NCBI RefSeq assembly: GCF_000374145.1
Contig: NZ_KB893654.1
Span: forward strand, 520,995 to 584,994
Reading direction: 5' to 3'
DNA: 64,000 bases
Origin: Neomegalonema perideroedes DSM 15528
GTDB lineage: Bacteria > Pseudomonadota > Alphaproteobacteria > Rhodobacterales > Rhodobacteraceae
The notes beneath the pieces were generated by a model. It searched no databases. It saw only the letters and a list, made by a program, of their open reading frames with translations, and had not been told where the DNA came from. Each line of letters opens with the position of its first letter. Positions within the stretch are counted from its first letter, which is position 1. Positions 19,124 through 28,390 of this stretch are shown here, piece by piece. Made by a program: the position numbers and the translations under genes.

Positions 19124-19588
19124 CGAGAGCTCCGGTTGATGGCGGCGCTCCTCGGCGGTTCCGCCTGAGCCGCAGGGAGGGCGCGCCGGAGATCCGCGAC
19201 GGAAGCGGCGCGCCGGGGCCTCAGGTCGCGCCTGAGGCCGCTCGGAGGGAAGAAGGGGAGACGCCTCCCGAGGCCGCGGGCGGCGAGGGAGGAAAGCGCG
19301 ACGAGGGTCGGGGAGCCGGAAAAATCCGGAGAAGACGGAGCGGAGCCCTGAGGCAGATGGGCGGAACGCGCCTCCGCCGCCATGCGATCCGCCATGTTCC
19401 ATCCTCTCCCTTTCGGCGTCGGCGCGTCATGGATCCCGCGCCTCGCGCCGCCCCGCGCGCTGGTCGGGGGCGTTCTTGTCGAGCCGCAAGCTCTAGCCGA
19501 GCCGCGCGCGGGGAGCAAGACCCGCTTTCCCTATGGGAAGGGCGCGAAAGGGGAGGAGGCGCCGGAGATCCGGGCCTCCCGCCTTTCC

Positions 19589-20377
19589 TCACTCCGCCCG
19601 GACGCCGGGCTCCTTGCCTTTGCGGGCCTGCTCGATGGCCGCGAGGATGTCGGGCGCGGGCAGATCGCCGCGCAGCAGCGTCGAGCCGATGGCGAAGGCG
19701 GGCGTGCCGTTGATGTCCAGCGTGCGGGCCAGCCGGTAGTTCAGCGTGATGAAGTCCTCGATGCGCGGATCGGCCATGGCGGCGGTCAGCTTGTCGGCGT
19801 CGAGCCCGGCCTGTTTGGCGAGGTCGAGGATGGTCGCGTCGTCCAGCTCTCCGTCATGGGTCATGAGCAGATCCTGAAGCGCGGAGGTCTTGTCCTCGTC
19901 CAGCCCGATGGAGGCGAGGGTGGCCTTGGCCGCCGAAACCGACTGCGGCCCGAGGATCGGGAATTCCTTGATCACGTAGCGGATGTTGCCGTCCGCCTCG
20001 ACGATGTCGAGGATCTTGCTGTGGGCGCGCTTGCAGAAGCCGCAGCGATAATCGAGGAACTCGACCAGCGTGACGTCGCCTTCGGGATTGCCCCGGATAT
20101 GGGAATGCTTGTCGAAATACAGCGCGTCGGCGTTGTCGGCGAGGAGCTTGGTCTCCAGCGAAGCGGCCTCGGCGCGCTGTTTGGCGTCATAGGCCTGAAG
20201 CGCCTCGATCACGACCTCGGGATTGCTCCGCAGGAAGGCGCGGATCTCCTCATGCAGGGCGGTCTTCTCGGCCTCGTCGAGCGCCTCGGCCCGGGGCGCG
20301 GCGGCGAAGAGCGCCAAGCCCGAAACGGCGGCGAAGAGAGGGGCGGCGAGGACGAGACGGCGAAGAGAGGGACGCAT
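19589..20377 (-). CDS. DsbA-family thiol:disulfide oxidoreductase
   Basis: ORF 19589..20449, start MRPSLRRLVLAAPLFAAVSG at 20377 (signal). CGFC thioredoxin-fold active site. Confidence 0.8.
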   Translation of the reverse strand: MRPSLRRLVLAAPLFAAVSGLALFAAAPRAEALDEAEKTALHEEIRAFLRSNPEVVIEALQAYDAKQRAEAASLETKLLADNADALYFDKHSHIRGNPEGDVTLVEFLDYRCGFCKRAHSKILDIVEADGNIRYVIKEFPILGPQSVSAAKATLASIGLDEDKTSALQDLLMTHDGELDDATILDLAKQAGLDADKLTAAMADPRIEDFITLNYRLARTLDINGTPAFAIGSTLLRGDLPAPDILAAIEQARKGKEPGVRAE

Positions 20378-20466
20378 GCGGGGCTCCTGCGGGGGGATGG
20401 GGGGGCGCGTCCGCCCAAGATCGAAAATCCGGGGCGGAAGACGGATCATCCTTGCGCCTAATTACG

Positions 20467-21816
20467 TTAACGCCGCGCGTCGGGCAAGGCGAGGATGTCG
20501 CCCGCCCGCATCCACCACACGGAACCGTGAGGCGAAACCGCCTGAGCGCGCTCGGCCTGAGCCTTGGCGGCTTTGACGTCGCCCCCCAGAGCGAGCGCCT
20601 CGGCGGCCGCGGTCAGCGCGAGGCCCTGATCGTTCAGACGCCCCGCGGCTATGGAAAGTTGGCGCCATGCGTGCGGATTCAACTCATCCTGACGGATGGA
20701 CTGGATCAGGGCGTCGCGCCCCGCCTCGACTTGTCCGGCGGCGAGAAGGGCCTGTCCGTAGGCGACGCGGATCAGCGGCTCCTCCGGCGCGAGGGAGACG
20801 GCGCGCTGGTAATCCGCCACGGCGCCCGCGGGATCGCCGCTTTCGAAACGAATCTGTCCGCGCAGCTCCCAATACCAGGGATCCGAGGGCCGGGCGGCGA
20901 GCAGCGCGTCCATCTCGGCCAGGGCTTGGTCGCGCAGGGCGCTTTTATGATAAGCCGAGGCCCGCGCCAGACGCGCGGGCTCCGAGAGGTCGGAGGCCGG
21001 ATAGGCCGCCAGAGTGCGCGCGGGGGTCTGGAGGAAGCCGGCGAGCTTGGCCCTGAGGCGGGCGTGCCAATAAGCGCGGTCGGAGTCGGGCGCGGCGCCC
21101 TTCAGCGGCGAGCGGGCGATGCGTTCGGCCACGCTTTCGGCGCGATCGGCGGTCATGGGATGGGTCAGCACATAGGGGTCGCGGATGGAGATCAGCATCT
21201 CCTGACGGCGCAGGCGCTCGATCACCTTGTTCAGCGCGGAGGGATCCACGCCCGCCCGCTCCAGATAGCCGACGGCGGCCTGATCGGCGGCGGATTCCTC
21301 GCCCCGGCTGAAGCCGAGCGCCGCGCGCTGTCCGATCTGCTGTCCGCCGATCACGCCCGCCGCCGCCACGTCGGAGGAGCCCGCCGCCGCGCCCGCCGCC
21401 AGACCGAGGACGGTGGTCAGGATCATCTGGCCGCGCGCGGCGCGCAGAGCGTCTCCGCGTCGGGCGTGATGGCCGCCCGCCATATGGCCCGCCTCATGGG
21501 CCATGACGGCCATGACCTCCTCGGGGGTCGTCATGTCGAGGAGGGCGCCGGTGTTGATTCCCATGGTGCGGCCGTCGGCGATGAAGGCGTTGAAGCTCGG
21601 ATCCTGCACGATGAAGAAACGCACGTCGTTCACCGGAATTCCGGCGGCGGACAAGACCGGCTCGGCTTCGCGCTTGAGGGTGCGCTCGATTTCGGAATCC
21701 CGGATGATCGTGCGCGCCGCAGCCGGAGCGGCGCCCGCGCCGAAGATCAGGCCGAGCGCCAGAAAACCAGAGGCGAGGCGTCGTCCCGCGCCGGGCCCGC
21801 AGCTGAACAGGCTCAT
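20467..21816 (-). CDS. M48 family metalloprotease with C-terminal TPR domain (BepA/YfgC-like)
   Basis: ORF 20467..21876, start MSLFSCG at 21816. HEAGH zinc motif. TPR repeats in the C-terminal half. Signal peptide. Confidence 0.8.
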   Translation of the reverse strand: MSLFSCGPGAGRRLASGFLALGLIFGAGAAPAAARTIIRDSEIERTLKREAEPVLSAAGIPVNDVRFFIVQDPSFNAFIADGRTMGINTGALLDMTTPEEVMAVMAHEAGHMAGGHHARRGDALRAARGQMILTTVLGLAAGAAAGSSDVAAAGVIGGQQIGQRAALGFSRGEESAADQAAVGYLERAGVDPSALNKVIERLRRQEMLISIRDPYVLTHPMTADRAESVAERIARSPLKGAAPDSDRAYWHARLRAKLAGFLQTPARTLAAYPASDLSEPARLARASAYHKSALRDQALAEMDALLAARPSDPWYWELRGQIRFESGDPAGAVADYQRAVSLAPEEPLIRVAYGQALLAAGQVEAGRDALIQSIRQDELNPHAWRQLSIAAGRLNDQGLALTAAAEALALGGDVKAAKAQAERAQAVSPHGSVWWMRAGDILALPDARR

Positions 21817-22112
21817 GATTCCGTCCCTTTCGCTCGTCTTGGCCGCGCGCTCCCGAAGGAATCGCGCTCTGATCATATGGAGGCTTTCGTCATCGCCGCC
21901 AGCGGGTCCGCGCGGATTTCCGCCGGGGGAAGAGTCGAAACCCCTTTTGAGAAGGAATTGACGGATCCTGAACGGCGTTAAGCCTCGAATAGGCTGAATT
22001 CATGACCGAAATCGAGAAAAAACCGCATTTTTTTTAAAGACTGCGCAAGACATCGCGTTCATGCTGCGAGCACGAGGACTTGAAACCGATCAATTTCCAT
22101 TAAGGACCGACC

Positions 22113-22898
22113 ATGACGAAGACGCCCTCGCCCGCCGCAGACCGCAAAGCGCCGAAGACGAAGGCGCCCGCCGCCAAGACCGCCCCAACCGTCGCGTCCA
22201 AGGCCGTCGCGCCCAAGATCGCCAAAGCTCCGAAGACGCTCGCCGCGCCGAAAGCCGAGAAGCCCGTCGCTCCGAAGAAAGCCGCCGCGCCGAAAGCCGT
22301 GAAGGCCCCCGCCGCGCCCAAGGCGGCGAAGGCTCCCGCCGCGCCGAAAACCGTGAAGGAGGCCGCTCCGGTGAAATCCGCCGCCAAGCCCGCCGTGAAA
22401 AAGGCCGAAGCTCCGAAGAAAGCCGCCGCGCCTAAGGCCGTGAAGGCCGTCGCCGCGCCTAAGGCGGCGAAGGCTCCCGCCGCGCCGAAAACCGCCAAAG
22501 TCGCCGCCCCCAAGGCTGTGAAGGTCGCCGCGCCTAAGGTCGCCAAAGCGCCCGCCGCGCCTAAGGCCGTGAAGGCCGCCGCTCCGGCGAAATCCGCCGC
22601 CAAGCCCGCCGTGAAAAAGGCCGAAGCTCCGAAGAAAGCCGCCGCGCCCAAGGTCGTGAAAGCCCCCGCCGCGGCGAAGGCCGCCGCGCCGAAAGCCGTG
22701 AAGGCTCCCGCCGCGCCGAAGAGCGCGACCAAAAGCGTGGCCGTCCGCAAGGCAGCGCCCAAGGCCGCCGCTCAGACGCCTCCGGATTCGGTGAAGGTGG
22801 TGGCGCGCAAGGCGCAGGCCAAGAGCGTCGCCGCGCCCGGAGCCATCGGCGTCGCGAAGGTCAAGCGCGGCAAGCCCGACGGCGCCTCCCTGCACTGA
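22113..22898 (+). CDS. Lys/Ala/Pro-rich histone H1-like / AlgP-like repeat protein
   Basis: ORF 22113..22898. Protein is almost entirely KAPAA/KKAAAPK repeats. AT-rich promoter with aaggacc RBS upstream. Contains an internal ~219-bp DNA duplication. Confidence 0.65.
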   Translation: MTKTPSPAADRKAPKTKAPAAKTAPTVASKAVAPKIAKAPKTLAAPKAEKPVAPKKAAAPKAVKAPAAPKAAKAPAAPKTVKEAAPVKSAAKPAVKKAEAPKKAAAPKAVKAVAAPKAAKAPAAPKTAKVAAPKAVKVAAPKVAKAPAAPKAVKAAAPAKSAAKPAVKKAEAPKKAAAPKVVKAPAAAKAAAPKAVKAPAAPKSATKSVAVRKAAPKAAAQTPPDSVKVVARKAQAKSVAAPGAIGVAKVKRGKPDGASLH

Positions 22899-22995
22899 CG
22901 CAGAGGCGCGGATTCTCCGCGTAGTCTGAACATCCGCCTGAAGTCTTCGCTGAAAGGCCGCCCGCTCCGGTTCGCTCCGGGGCGGGCCGCTCCGT

Positions 22996-23442
22996 TCAGC
23001 CGCCGCCGCCCGCGCCGTAGATGGCCCGGCCCACGAGATCCAGAATGCTGATCGAGCCTTGGGTGTGGCCGATGGCGCCGCCTGCGGGAATGATCTGCGC
23101 GTCGCCGCCCGGCTCGATGGAGACGTAGGCGCCGCCGAGCAAGCCGTCCGAGGCGATCTTGGCGGAGGAATCTTCAGGCAATCGCAGGTCGCCGCGCAGA
23201 TTCATGCGCACTTCGGCCCGATAGGTGGCCGGGTCGAGGCGGATGTCGGAGATCGCCCCCACCTTCACCCCCGAGACCCGCACCTCGCCGCCGACCGTCA
23301 GGCCGTCGGCTTTGGCGAAGCTCGCCGAGAGGGCGTAGCCGTTGGAGGGGCCGTCCATGCGTTGCCCGACATAGGCGGCGAAGGCGATGGCTCCCGCCAG
23401 AACCACCGCGCCCACCGCGGCTTCGAAGGCGTTCTCCGCCAT
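22996..23442 (-). CDS. mlaD: outer-membrane lipid asymmetry protein MlaD (MCE domain)
   Basis: ORF 22996..23448. TM anchor, then an MCE domain (GYALSASFAKADGLTVGGEVRVSGVKVG...). Confidence 0.8.
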   Translation of the reverse strand: MAENAFEAAVGAVVLAGAIAFAAYVGQRMDGPSNGYALSASFAKADGLTVGGEVRVSGVKVGAISDIRLDPATYRAEVRMNLRGDLRLPEDSSAKIASDGLLGGAYVSIEPGGDAQIIPAGGAIGHTQGSISILDLVGRAIYGAGGGG

Positions 23443-23499
23443 GCACATCCTCGTCGTGAAAGCGCGTTCGTCTCGAACTGAATGCGGGGAGGCCGGGGC

Positions 23500-23877
23500 T
23501 TATTCGGGCGCCCAGGCCTCGTAATCGCCGACCACGGCCTTGCGCTCGGCCTGGCCGTGCAGGCTGCCGGGCGGACGCCAGGCGTCGGGCGTGCCGGTGG
23601 GATTGGGACGATGGTCCTTCTCCCAGGGCTTGCGCGGCAGAGGCGCCTTGGTGGGCGGCTCGTCGAAGGTGTGATGCATCCAGCCGTGCCAGTCGGGCGG
23701 CACCCGCGAGCCTTCGGCCACGCCGTTGTAGATCACCCAACGGCGCGCGCCGTCGGCGGTCTGATAATAGGCGTTGCCCTGCTCGTCCTCGCCGACCTTC
23801 TCGCCATAGCGGCGGGTGAAGACCTGCGTGCCGACGGTCCAGCCGTTCCACCACGTGAAGAATTGCCTGAGGCCCAT
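23500..23877 (-). CDS. NADH:ubiquinone oxidoreductase subunit NDUFA12-like protein
   Basis: Internal start [21 protein letters not shown] at 23877 of ORF 23500..24114. FTWWNG...GNxYY motif is typical of the NDUFA12 family. Confidence 0.75.
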   Translation of the reverse strand: MGLRQFFTWWNGWTVGTQVFTRRYGEKVGEDEQGNAYYQTADGARRWVIYNGVAEGSRVPPDWHGWMHHTFDEPPTKAPLPRKPWEKDHRPNPTGTPDAWRPPGSLHGQAERKAVVGDYEAWAPE

Positions 23878-24247
23878 GCTCGCATCCTCGCTGATCGCGC
23901 GGACTATAGGCGCAGAGCGCGCCGCGCGTCCAGAGATTCGGGCGGGGACCGATGGACGCGGAAGGCGGGGCCCCGCCAGAGCGCCCGGCGGGAGGGGGCG
24001 GCGCGGGAGGATCGGCGCATGAAAACTGCGGCGAAGGAGACACGCCCGATGCGATTCGATCCTCCGCGCGCCGCGCCTGTCCCTAGGATACGATGGATAA
24101 AGATCCCGCCCCATTATAGCCTTCGACGCAGAAGCGCCGCGATCCGGCGCAAGAGGGCGCGTCCCCGTCCGGAAGGGCCGGAAGGGCGCGCGAGGGACGG
24201 AAACAAGGCTCCGGCGGCAAGACCGGGGCGCTCAGGGAGGGAAGACC

Positions 24248-25657
24248 ATGCTCCGCAACGGCGGTCTTAAAACGCGTCTCGCGCTCGGCGCGGCGGCGGC
24301 GGCGCTTTTGGCGTCCGGACAGGTTCAGGCGGCGGGCTTCGCTCTGAAGTCCCATTCCGCGAGCGGGCAGGGCGCTTCTTTCGCGGGCGCCTCGGCGGGC
24401 GCCAACGGCGTCGCCTCGATGTTCTTCAACCCGGCCTCCATCGCGCTGGCGGACGGCCTCCAGACCGAGGCGGGCGGCGCCATCCTGCTGCCCAACGTCG
24501 AGATCGACAACGTGCAGTCGGCCTTCGTGGCGGGCGTGAACCCCGGAACGGGCGCGCTGATCTACACGCCCCAGAGCAGCGGCCCGACCTCCTCGACCTC
24601 CGACGAGATGGGCCTCGTGCCGCATACTTATGTGGCCGCCCCGATCAACGACCGCGTGACGGTCGGCCTGAGCCTCAACGCGCCTTTCGGCCTCACCACC
24701 GATTACGGCGACGATTGGGCCGGGCGCTATCACGCCACTTCTTCGGAGCTGACGACCATCAACGCCGCGCCGACCGTCGCTTATAAGATCCGCGACAACC
24801 TCGCCGTGGCGGCGGGCCTTCAGCTGCAATACGCCAAGGCGGAGCTTGAGAGCGCCGTCAGCCTGCCGGGCGCCGTCTGCTCGGCCATGCCGGGCACGGC
24901 GACTTGCGCGGCCGTGGCGCCCGCCATCGGCGTCGCCGATTACGACGCGCTCTCCAAGGTCTCGGGCCATGACTTCGGCGTGGGCTTCACCTTGGGCGTC
25001 CTCGCCGAGCCTCTGCCGGGCACCATGGTCGGCGTGGGCTATCGCTCGAAGATCAAGCACGACATCGACGGCGACGCCGAATTCCATGCGCGCTCCGCCG
25101 CGGGGGCTTCGCTGCTGGGCAATATTCAGTCCCTCGGCCGCCTGACCGACGGCGGCGGCGCGACCTCCATCTCGACGCCCGCCATGCTGAATTTCGGCGT
25201 CTCGCATCAGCTGAACGACCGCATCAAGCTGCTCGGCGAAGCGCAATGGACCCAGTGGTCCAGCTTCGAGGATCTCGTCATCGACTTCGACGACGGCACC
25301 CCCACCAGCACCACCGAGCATCATTGGGACGATTCGTGGTATTTCGCCCTCGGCGCGGAATATCAGGCGACGCCCGAGCTGCGTCTGCGCGCGGGAATCG
25401 GCTACGACCAGACCCCCGTTCCGACCGCATACCGCACGCCGCGTCTGCCGGACACCGACCGCACCTGGTTCTCGCTCGGCGCGAGCTATGACGTGAACGA
25501 TAAGATCTCGGTCAACGCGGGCTACACCTACATCACCGCCAAGGACGCCAAGATCGCGCTCGACGGCACGGGAACCGACGCCTCGCGCGGCGCCTTCTCG
25601 GGCGATCTGAACGCGAACGTGCATATCTTCATGCTCTCGGGCGTCTACCGCTTCTGA
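24248..25657 (+). CDS. fadL: outer-membrane long-chain fatty acid/aromatic hydrocarbon transporter (FadL/TodX/OmpP1 family)
   Basis: ORF 24248..25657. Signal peptide. FadL-family N-terminus (GFALKSHSASGQGASFAGASAG). C-terminal ...SGVYRF beta-barrel terminus. Confidence 0.8.
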   Translation: MLRNGGLKTRLALGAAAAALLASGQVQAAGFALKSHSASGQGASFAGASAGANGVASMFFNPASIALADGLQTEAGGAILLPNVEIDNVQSAFVAGVNPGTGALIYTPQSSGPTSSTSDEMGLVPHTYVAAPINDRVTVGLSLNAPFGLTTDYGDDWAGRYHATSSELTTINAAPTVAYKIRDNLAVAAGLQLQYAKAELESAVSLPGAVCSAMPGTATCAAVAPAIGVADYDALSKVSGHDFGVGFTLGVLAEPLPGTMVGVGYRSKIKHDIDGDAEFHARSAAGASLLGNIQSLGRLTDGGGATSISTPAMLNFGVSHQLNDRIKLLGEAQWTQWSSFEDLVIDFDDGTPTSTTEHHWDDSWYFALGAEYQATPELRLRAGIGYDQTPVPTAYRTPRLPDTDRTWFSLGASYDVNDKISVNAGYTYITAKDAKIALDGTGTDASRGAFSGDLNANVHIFMLSGVYRF

Positions 25658-25687
25658 GTTCAGGCGAGACTTTCGCATGAGACGTCC

Positions 25688-25730
25688 TCCGGGGGCGGAG
25701 GCTTGCGGGCCTCCGCCCCCGGCGTTTATT
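25688..25730 (+). terminator. rho-independent terminator after fadL
   Basis: Perfect hairpin ccgggggcggaggc-ttgcgg-gcctccgcccccgg followed by cgtttattct. Confidence 0.6.
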
Positions 25731-25762
25731 CTGAGGGCTTATCCCGAAGGGAGGGACGCCCG

Positions 25763-27202
25763 ATGGAGCAGCCGACCCCCGACGCCGCCGTGCTCGCGCG
25801 GCGCGACGAAATCCTCGCGGGCCTGCGCCGGATCCTGCCGCCTCAGGCGGTGGTCTCCGATGAGGAATCCCTGCGCGCCTATGAATGCGACGCCCTGACC
25901 GCCTATCGTCAGATTCCGCTGGCCGTGGCCTTGCCGGGCTCGGCGGCGGAGGCGGCGGCGCTCATGCGTTATTGCGCCGAAGAAGACGTCCCCGTCACGC
26001 CGCGCGGCGCGGGCACCTCTCTGACCGGAGGCGCTCTGCCCGGCGCCGATTGCGTGATGATCGGCATGGCGCGGCTGAATCAGGTTCTGAAGATCGATCC
26101 GCAAAGCCGCGTGGCGCGGGTTCAGGCGGGGGCGACGAATCTCTCCGTCAGCCGGGCCGCCGCGCCGGAGGGGCTCTTTTACGCGCCGGATCCCTCCTCG
26201 CAATTGGCCTGCTCCATCGGGGGCAACGTGGCGATGAATTCAGGCGGCGCCCATTGCCTGAAATACGGCGTGACGCTGAATAATCTGCTCGGCGCGACGC
26301 TCGTGACCCCCGAGGGCGAGATTCTGGAGATCGGCGGCGAGCATATGGACGCGCCGGGGCTGGATCTGCTCGGCGCGGTCTGCGGCTCTGAGGGGCTTTT
26401 GGGCCTCGTGACGGAGGCGATTTTGCGTCTGACGCCCATGCCGGAGGGCGCGCGTCCGGTGCTGATCGGCTTCGATTCGGCGGCGGCGGCGGGCGCCTGC
26501 GTGGCGGCGATCATCGAGGCGGGCGTGGTTCCGGTGGCTCTGGAGTTCATGGACCGCCCCTGCATCGTGGCTTGCGAGGCCTTCGCCAAGCCCAATTACC
26601 CCGATTGCGAGGCTCTGCTCATCGTCGAGGCCGAGGGCTCGGAGGCGGAGATTCAGGAGCAGCTCGCCCGCATCGAGGCCGTGGCGGCGCGGTTCCAGCC
26701 CGTCGCGCTGCGGGTCAGCGCCTCGGAGGCGGAGAGCGCGGCGATTTGGGCGGGGCGCAAGGCGGCTTTCGGCGCCATGGGCGCCATGGGCGACTACATC
26801 TGTCTCGACGGGGTGACGCCGCTGTCGCGTCTGGCGGAGATTCTGACCGCCATCGCCGCCATCTCGGAGCGATACGGCCTGAGGGTCTCCAACGTCTTTC
26901 ATGCGGGCGACGGGAATCTGCATCCTCTGATCGTCTTCGACGCCAATAAGCCCGGCGATCTGGAGAAGGCCGAAGCCTGCGGCGCCGAAATCCTCAAGCT
27001 CTGCGTGGAGATGGACGGCTGCCTCACCGGAGAGCATGGCGTGGGCGTGGAGAAACGCGAACTCATGAGCGCGCAATTCGCGCCGCATGAGCTGGAGCTG
27101 CAAATGGCGGTGAAATCGGCCTTTGATCCCGAATGGCGGATGAATCCCGGCAAGGTCTTTCCTCTGGCGGCGGTGCGGGCCTATCGCGAGGCCGCCGAAT
27201 GA
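25763..27202 (+). CDS. glcD: glycolate oxidase subunit GlcD (FAD-linked oxidase)
   Basis: ORF 25703..27202. ATG at 25763 after gaagggaggg. FAD-binding PCMH domain. Ordered D-E-F with the downstream genes. Confidence 0.85.
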   Translation: MEQPTPDAAVLARRDEILAGLRRILPPQAVVSDEESLRAYECDALTAYRQIPLAVALPGSAAEAAALMRYCAEEDVPVTPRGAGTSLTGGALPGADCVMIGMARLNQVLKIDPQSRVARVQAGATNLSVSRAAAPEGLFYAPDPSSQLACSIGGNVAMNSGGAHCLKYGVTLNNLLGATLVTPEGEILEIGGEHMDAPGLDLLGAVCGSEGLLGLVTEAILRLTPMPEGARPVLIGFDSAAAAGACVAAIIEAGVVPVALEFMDRPCIVACEAFAKPNYPDCEALLIVEAEGSEAEIQEQLARIEAVAARFQPVALRVSASEAESAAIWAGRKAAFGAMGAMGDYICLDGVTPLSRLAEILTAIAAISERYGLRVSNVFHAGDGNLHPLIVFDANKPGDLEKAEACGAEILKLCVEMDGCLTGEHGVGVEKRELMSAQFAPHELELQMAVKSAFDPEWRMNPGKVFPLAAVRAYREAAE

Positions 27203-28371
27203 CTCCCGTCTATCGAGAGGCCGAGGCGGCCCTTGCGGCGCGGATCGCCGAAGCCGCCGCCTCCAACCGCAAATTCGAGATCCGGGGAGGAGGCGCGCAT
27301 CGGATCTGGGGGCGGTCCGTGGAGGGCGAGCCCTTGGAGACCGCCGCGCTTTCGGGAATCTCGCTTTATGAGCCGGGCGAGATGACCCTCGTCGCCGGAG
27401 CCGGGACGCCTCTGCGCGAGGTGGAGGCGGCGCTTGCGGCGCGCGGCCAGCGGCTCGGCTTCGAGCCGCCCGATTGGCGGGCGCTTCTCGGAACCCAAGG
27501 CGAGCCGACGCTGGGCGGAATCTTCATCTGCGGAATCGCCGGGCCGAGGCGTCTGCGGGCGGGCTCGGCGCGGGATCATGCGCTTGGCCTGCGCTTCGTC
27601 GACGGACAGGGCCGCGTCCATCGCGCGGGCGGGCGGGTGATGAAGAACGTCACCGGGCTCGACATGACGCGGCTGCTCTGCGGCTCGCATGGGACTTTGG
27701 GCCTCGTCACGGAGGTCGCGCTGAAGACGGCGCCCATCCCCGAGGCCATGGCGGGGCTGGTCCTGCGCGGGCTCTCCGACGCGGCGGCGGAGGCGGCCAT
27801 GGCGGCGGCGCTCGGCTCGCCCTATGAGGTCTCCGGCGCGGCCCATCTGCCGCAGAGCCGCGAGACTCATCTGCGCATCGAGGGCTTCGCCAAGCTTCTG
27901 CCCGAGCGGGCGGCGGATCTGGTCCGGCTGCTCAAACCCCATGGCGCGGCGGAGATCCTGTCCTGCGCGGAGGCGGGGGCCGTCTGGCGCGAGATCGCCG
28001 AGGTCCGGCCCTTCGTCGGGAAGCCGGGCGCGGTCTGGCGGATTTCGCTGAAGCCCGCCCATGGGCCGATCCTCGCGGAGGAGGCGCGGGCGCTTGGCGG
28101 CGAGGTCTTTTACGATTGGGGCGGCGGGCTGCTCTGGGCGCTCATCCCGGAGGGCGAATTCGAGGACGACGAAGCCGGAGCCTCGGTCTTGCGCGGAGCT
28201 TTGGCGCGTCTGGGCGGCGGCCATGCGACGCTCCTGCGCGGCTCCGAGGCCCTGCGGCGGCGAGTCCCGCCTTTTCAGCCTCTGGCGCCGGGGCTGGAGG
28301 CTCTGACGCAGCGCCTGCGTCGCGCCTTCGACCCGCAAGGGATCTTCAATCCGGGGCGCATGGGCGCCTGA
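27199..28371 (+). CDS. glcE: glycolate oxidase FAD-binding subunit GlcE
   Basis: ATG at 27199 overlaps the glcD stop (ATGA). FAD-binding domain. Confidence 0.8.
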   Translation: MTPVYREAEAALAARIAEAAASNRKFEIRGGGAHRIWGRSVEGEPLETAALSGISLYEPGEMTLVAGAGTPLREVEAALAARGQRLGFEPPDWRALLGTQGEPTLGGIFICGIAGPRRLRAGSARDHALGLRFVDGQGRVHRAGGRVMKNVTGLDMTRLLCGSHGTLGLVTEVALKTAPIPEAMAGLVLRGLSDAAAEAAMAAALGSPYEVSGAAHLPQSRETHLRIEGFAKLLPERAADLVRLLKPHGAAEILSCAEAGAVWREIAEVRPFVGKPGAVWRISLKPAHGPILAEEARALGGEVFYDWGGGLLWALIPEGEFEDDEAGASVLRGALARLGGGHATLLRGSEALRRRVPPFQPLAPGLEALTQRLRRAFDPQGIFNPGRMGA

Positions 28372-28390
28372 ACCGTAAAGCCGAATCCTC

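Noticed and set aside
19120-19592. Minus-strand ORFs in the accB-dsbA spacer as a possible aroQ
   Set aside because: Translations are Arg/Pro/Ala-rich with no similarity to type II dehydroquinase. They are treated as non-coding.
22100-22762. 220-aa Ala/Gly/Phe-rich minus-strand ORF, and 22059..22895
   Set aside because: They are antisense to the KAPA-repeat protein gene. The repeat structure mirrors the sense-strand repeats. The plus-strand gene has an AT-rich promoter and RBS, whereas the antisense ORFs do not.
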